Of a DNA stretch of 18,508 nucleotides, positions 16,035-18,508 are shown piece by piece. The DNA lies in IMG/VR virus record IMGVR_UViG_3300017649_000004. One strand, written 5' to 3'. Source of the DNA: a virus. Lineage: Duplodnaviria; Heunggongvirae; Uroviricota; Caudoviricetes. A program made the translations under genes and the position numbers. Numbering within the stretch: the stretch's first letter is position 1; each line of letters starts with the position of its first letter. The notes under the pieces are model-generated. The model worked only from the letters and a program-made list of their open reading frames with translations, was not told where the DNA came from and did no database searches.

Positions 16035-16371
16035 TCTGCTACCGCCGCCTGTCCGGGCGGGCCTCACCATTGCCGCCGCGCTCCTTGCCGTGATCGCTAG
16101 CTGGTGGGTTTGCCACACCATCTACAAGCGCGGCTGGGAAGCCGCAGCGGCCGTCTATGAGGCCGAAAAGGAAGCACTGCGCAAGGCCAACGAGGCCGCC
16201 ATCGAGTCCGCGCGCCAGAAGCTCATGGCCGACATCGTGAAACTACGTGAAGAGAATAAGAGGCTCGAAGATGCGATCGCCGAAATCGATGCTGAAGCTG
16301 ACCAGGATCCTGATGCCGAGCGGCTTGGCATTTCTCCTAACAGCGTGCGCCGCATTTCGTCCGTCCGCTGA
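16021..16371 (+). CDS. Inner-membrane spanin (Rz-like, i-spanin), 116 aa
   Basis: ATG 16021 with SD GGGAG; N-terminal TM helix (AGLTIAAALLAVIASWWV) then long coiled coil; overlapped by a lipoprotein gene in the +1 frame. Confidence 0.8.
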   Translation: MKLADLLPPPVRAGLTIAAALLAVIASWWVCHTIYKRGWEAAAAVYEAEKEALRKANEAAIESARQKLMADIVKLREENKRLEDAIAEIDAEADQDPDAERLGISPNSVRRISSVR

Positions 16372-16594
16372 GGCACCGATCATTCTGCCTGACATTCCGG
16401 AAGAGGTTCGCGAGTGCCCGGCGCCGCAGGAGCTTCCGGCTGGCTTCATGTCTCAGGCGAAGGTTGAGCGTTATTGGTCCCGGGACAGAGCAGCGCTCAT
16501 TCAGTGCCGGACGAACCTTCAGACTGTAGTCGACTACTACGACCATCTTCAGGAACACCTTGAAGCTGAGGAAGGGGAAACGAAGCTCCGGTGA
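16271..16594 (+). CDS. Outer-membrane spanin lipoprotein (Rz1-like, o-spanin); start uncertain (16271 or 16289)
   Basis: Lipobox FLLTA-C with Cys at 16346-16348, Pro-rich segment (PIILPDIPEEVRECPAPQELP), second periplasmic Cys; begins inside the Rz-like gene and extends past it. Confidence 0.8.
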   Translation: MRSPKSMLKLTRILMPSGLAFLLTACAAFRPSAEAPIILPDIPEEVRECPAPQELPAGFMSQAKVERYWSRDRAALIQCRTNLQTVVDYYDHLQEHLEAEEGETKLR

Positions 16595-16644
16595 TAACAA
16601 ATAAGAATATTCTTCTGATGAATGTATATAATTATATAGTTATC
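16593..16644. promoter_or_regulatory. AT-rich intergenic spacer with candidate sigma70 -10 element and nested palindromes
   Basis: TATAAT at 16627-16632 inside the perfect palindrome TATATAATTATATA (16625-16638); palindrome AAGAATATTCTT (16603-16614); GATAAC/GTTATC flanks. No good -35 seen. Confidence 0.55.
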
Positions 16645-16657
16645 GAAGGCAGGGGAA

Positions 16658-18508
16658 ATGAACGCTCCTGAAGAATGGCTTGCCTTCGCTGAAGTCTACA
16701 ACGACCGGGAACGTTTCCCTACTCTTGCAGACGTAGGACTTCATCTAGGATATTCCTATCAGACCGTCCGGAACAAAGCAGCGATCCTGCGCGGGAGAAA
16801 GCGTCGCGGTGAAGATGTTCCGGAACTCATCAGCCGCGTCGTTACAAGCTCAAGGGACGCGACCGAACAGCTTTCTGCACACGATCATGCTCAGAAGCGC
16901 GCGGACGCGCTCAGGGACGCTGTGCGTTCGATTTTGACGCGATCCAGATACCCTGTCGTCAATCCTGAAGCGCTCGTTGTCGAAAGCTTTGTGCAGACGG
17001 TCTATGACCGGATCACTGGTCAGCCGAAGGAGAAGGAAGGCACGCCGCGCACCTGGCTGTCTGACACGCTCCGGGTGGAAGGCGTTGAGGATCCTCGCGG
17101 CCGCACCTTCCTCTTTACGTCGGCGCAGAACGACGCGGAGGTTCACGAAGGCTTCTGGCGCTCGCTGCAAACCTACGCCAACGTCCTCGACGCCGACATC
17201 GTGATCGGCCCCCTCACCTACGAGACGCAGTGGTGGAGCGAGAACAACCCGCTCAGCCGCTCCTATGCTCCGGAAATCAGCGACTATCTCTGCTTTGGGC
17301 AGATGGAGATTGGTGACTCGTTCATTTTCGCCGGCGAAATGAACACCCTGCCGACCGCGCGCCGGCCGATTTCGGACCTGACGACCTATTCGCGCGGCCG
17401 CTGGGCAGTGTTCCCGCACCCGATGATCCAGCTCAAATCCGTGCCCTCGACCGACCCGAACCGGCAGGCGCACCAGGTCATGACGACCGGCTCTGTGACC
17501 AGGCCGAAGATCATCCCGCGCAAGGCCGGTGTGAAGTCCATCTTCCATCAGGTGATCGGTGCCACCATCGTCGAATTTGACGACGAAGGCGATGTCTTCT
17601 GCCGGCAGATCGTGGCGCAGGAAGATGGCTCCTTCTACGACCTCGACATTTACGTCAGCGGCGACGACTTCCGCTTCCATGATGGCGTCGAGGCGATCGT
17701 TTATGGCGACCTGCACATTGCCAAGGCAGACCCCAAGAACTGCGTGGCCTCCTTTGGCATCATGCCGCACGATCCGCAGCGCTATCACTATGAAGGCTCG
17801 ATGCTCGAGACCCTGAAGCCTGCGAAGGTGTTCCTGCACGACATCCACGACCACGAGGCGCGCAATCACCACCACATCCACGACGCGGCCTATTCCTTCG
17901 AAATGGCCTATCGCAAGCGCGACAGTGTGGAGCAGGAAGTCTTCTGGTCCGCGGATTTTCTCTACGGCCTGACGCTCGCCTATGACGACACGCAGATCGT
18001 TGTTGTCGACTCCAACCACGACCTTGCCCTTGAGCGCTACGTGCGCGAGGGCCGCTACCGGAACGACGGCATCAACCTGCCCTACGGCTTGAAGCTCGAG
18101 GCGGCCTATATCGACTACCGCCGGCGGGCAGCTGAAGCTCTGGAGAAGGGTCACAACGTGCCGACCTTCTCCCTGCTCGAATGGGCGATCCGTGACGCGC
18201 TTGATCCGATCGAGCTGCCGGTCACCTGGGTGCATGACGGCCAGTCTCACCTCGTCAATGGAATCGAGCACGGCAATCACGGTTTCCGCGGCGCGAACGG
18301 CGCGAAAGGAACGGTTGCAGGCTTTGCGGCGCTCGGCTGCAAGATGAGCATCGGCGACAAGCACTCGCCGGAGATCCTCGATGGCGTCTACGTGGCGGGC
18401 ACGCAGCAGCTCCAGATGGGCTACAACAAAGGCCCCAGCGGATGGGCGGTAACAAACATCGTCCAGTATCCGAACGGCGCGCGCACCCTCGTTACCTTGC
18501 AACACGGT
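16658..18508 (+). CDS. HTH plus calcineurin-like metallophosphoesterase protein, similar to phage T5 A1 family (3'-truncated, at least 617 aa)
   Basis: My own translation of frame 2 is open from ATG 16658 (SD AGGGG) to the window end. N-terminal HTH-like segment (TLADVGLHLGYSYQTVRNKAAIL); TSAQN, EMNTLPTA, TTGSVT, KAG, FHQVIGA, GSFYDL blocks; GDLH (17705), HDIHD (17837), SNHD (18011), HG, GDKH (18353), MGYNKGPSGW. The A1 resemblance is from memory, not a search. Confidence 0.75.
   Translation, partial: MNAPEEWLAFAEVYNDRERFPTLADVGLHLGYSYQTVRNKAAILRGRKRRGEDVPELISRVVTSSRDATEQLSAHDHAQKRADALRDAVRSILTRSRYPVVNPEALVVESFVQTVYDRITGQPKEKEGTPRTWLSDTLRVEGVEDPRGRTFLFTSAQNDAEVHEGFWRSLQTYANVLDADIVIGPLTYETQWWSENNPLSRSYAPEISDYLCFGQMEIGDSFIFAGEMNTLPTARRPISDLTTYSRGRWAVFPHPMIQLKSVPSTDPNRQAHQVMTTGSVTRPKIIPRKAGVKSIFHQVIGATIVEFDDEGDVFCRQIVAQEDGSFYDLDIYVSGDDFRFHDGVEAIVYGDLHIAKADPKNCVASFGIMPHDPQRYHYEGSMLETLKPAKVFLHDIHDHEARNHHHIHDAAYSFEMAYRKRDSVEQEVFWSADFLYGLTLAYDDTQIVVVDSNHDLALERYVREGRYRNDGINLPYGLKLEAAYIDYRRRAAEALEKGHNVPTFSLLEWAIRDALDPIELPVTWVHDGQSHLVNGIEHGNHGFRGANGAKGTVAGFAALGCKMSIGDKHSPEILDGVYVAGTQQLQMGYNKGPSGWAVTNIVQYPNGARTLVTLQHG

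Noticed and set aside
16850-18505. 551-aa minus-strand ORF at the window end
   Set aside because: In-register shadow of the + strand A1-like gene, which carries the real motifs and an SD.

Overview
High-GC window covering the tail morphogenesis and lysis region of a long non-contractile-tailed (lambda-like tail module) phage or prophage/phage-plasmid; an alphaproteobacterial (Rhizobiales-like) host is an inference. All credible genes are on the + strand: tail assembly chaperone pair with a -1 slippery site, a 1567-aa tape measure protein carrying an internal lambda-R-type lysozyme domain, lambda M/L/K/I/J-like tail tip genes, a 4-gene cassette after J, a lysis cassette (two membrane proteins, Amidase_2 endolysin, overlapping Rz/Rz1 spanins), an AT-rich spacer, and a 3'-truncated HTH plus metallophosphoesterase gene resembling phage T5 A1 (absent from the supplied ORF track). 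The two most unusual signals are (i) a symmetric 5+5 cysteine ladder with 6-residue period around a canonical beta-hairpin turn in a putative tail-tip protein and (ii) an exact motif GTAAG-N7-TTACTTA found four times, each in a short intergenic gap just before a start codon. No tRNA, rRNA, CRISPR array, integrase or transposase was recognised. All family calls come from reading motifs by eye, not from database searches.
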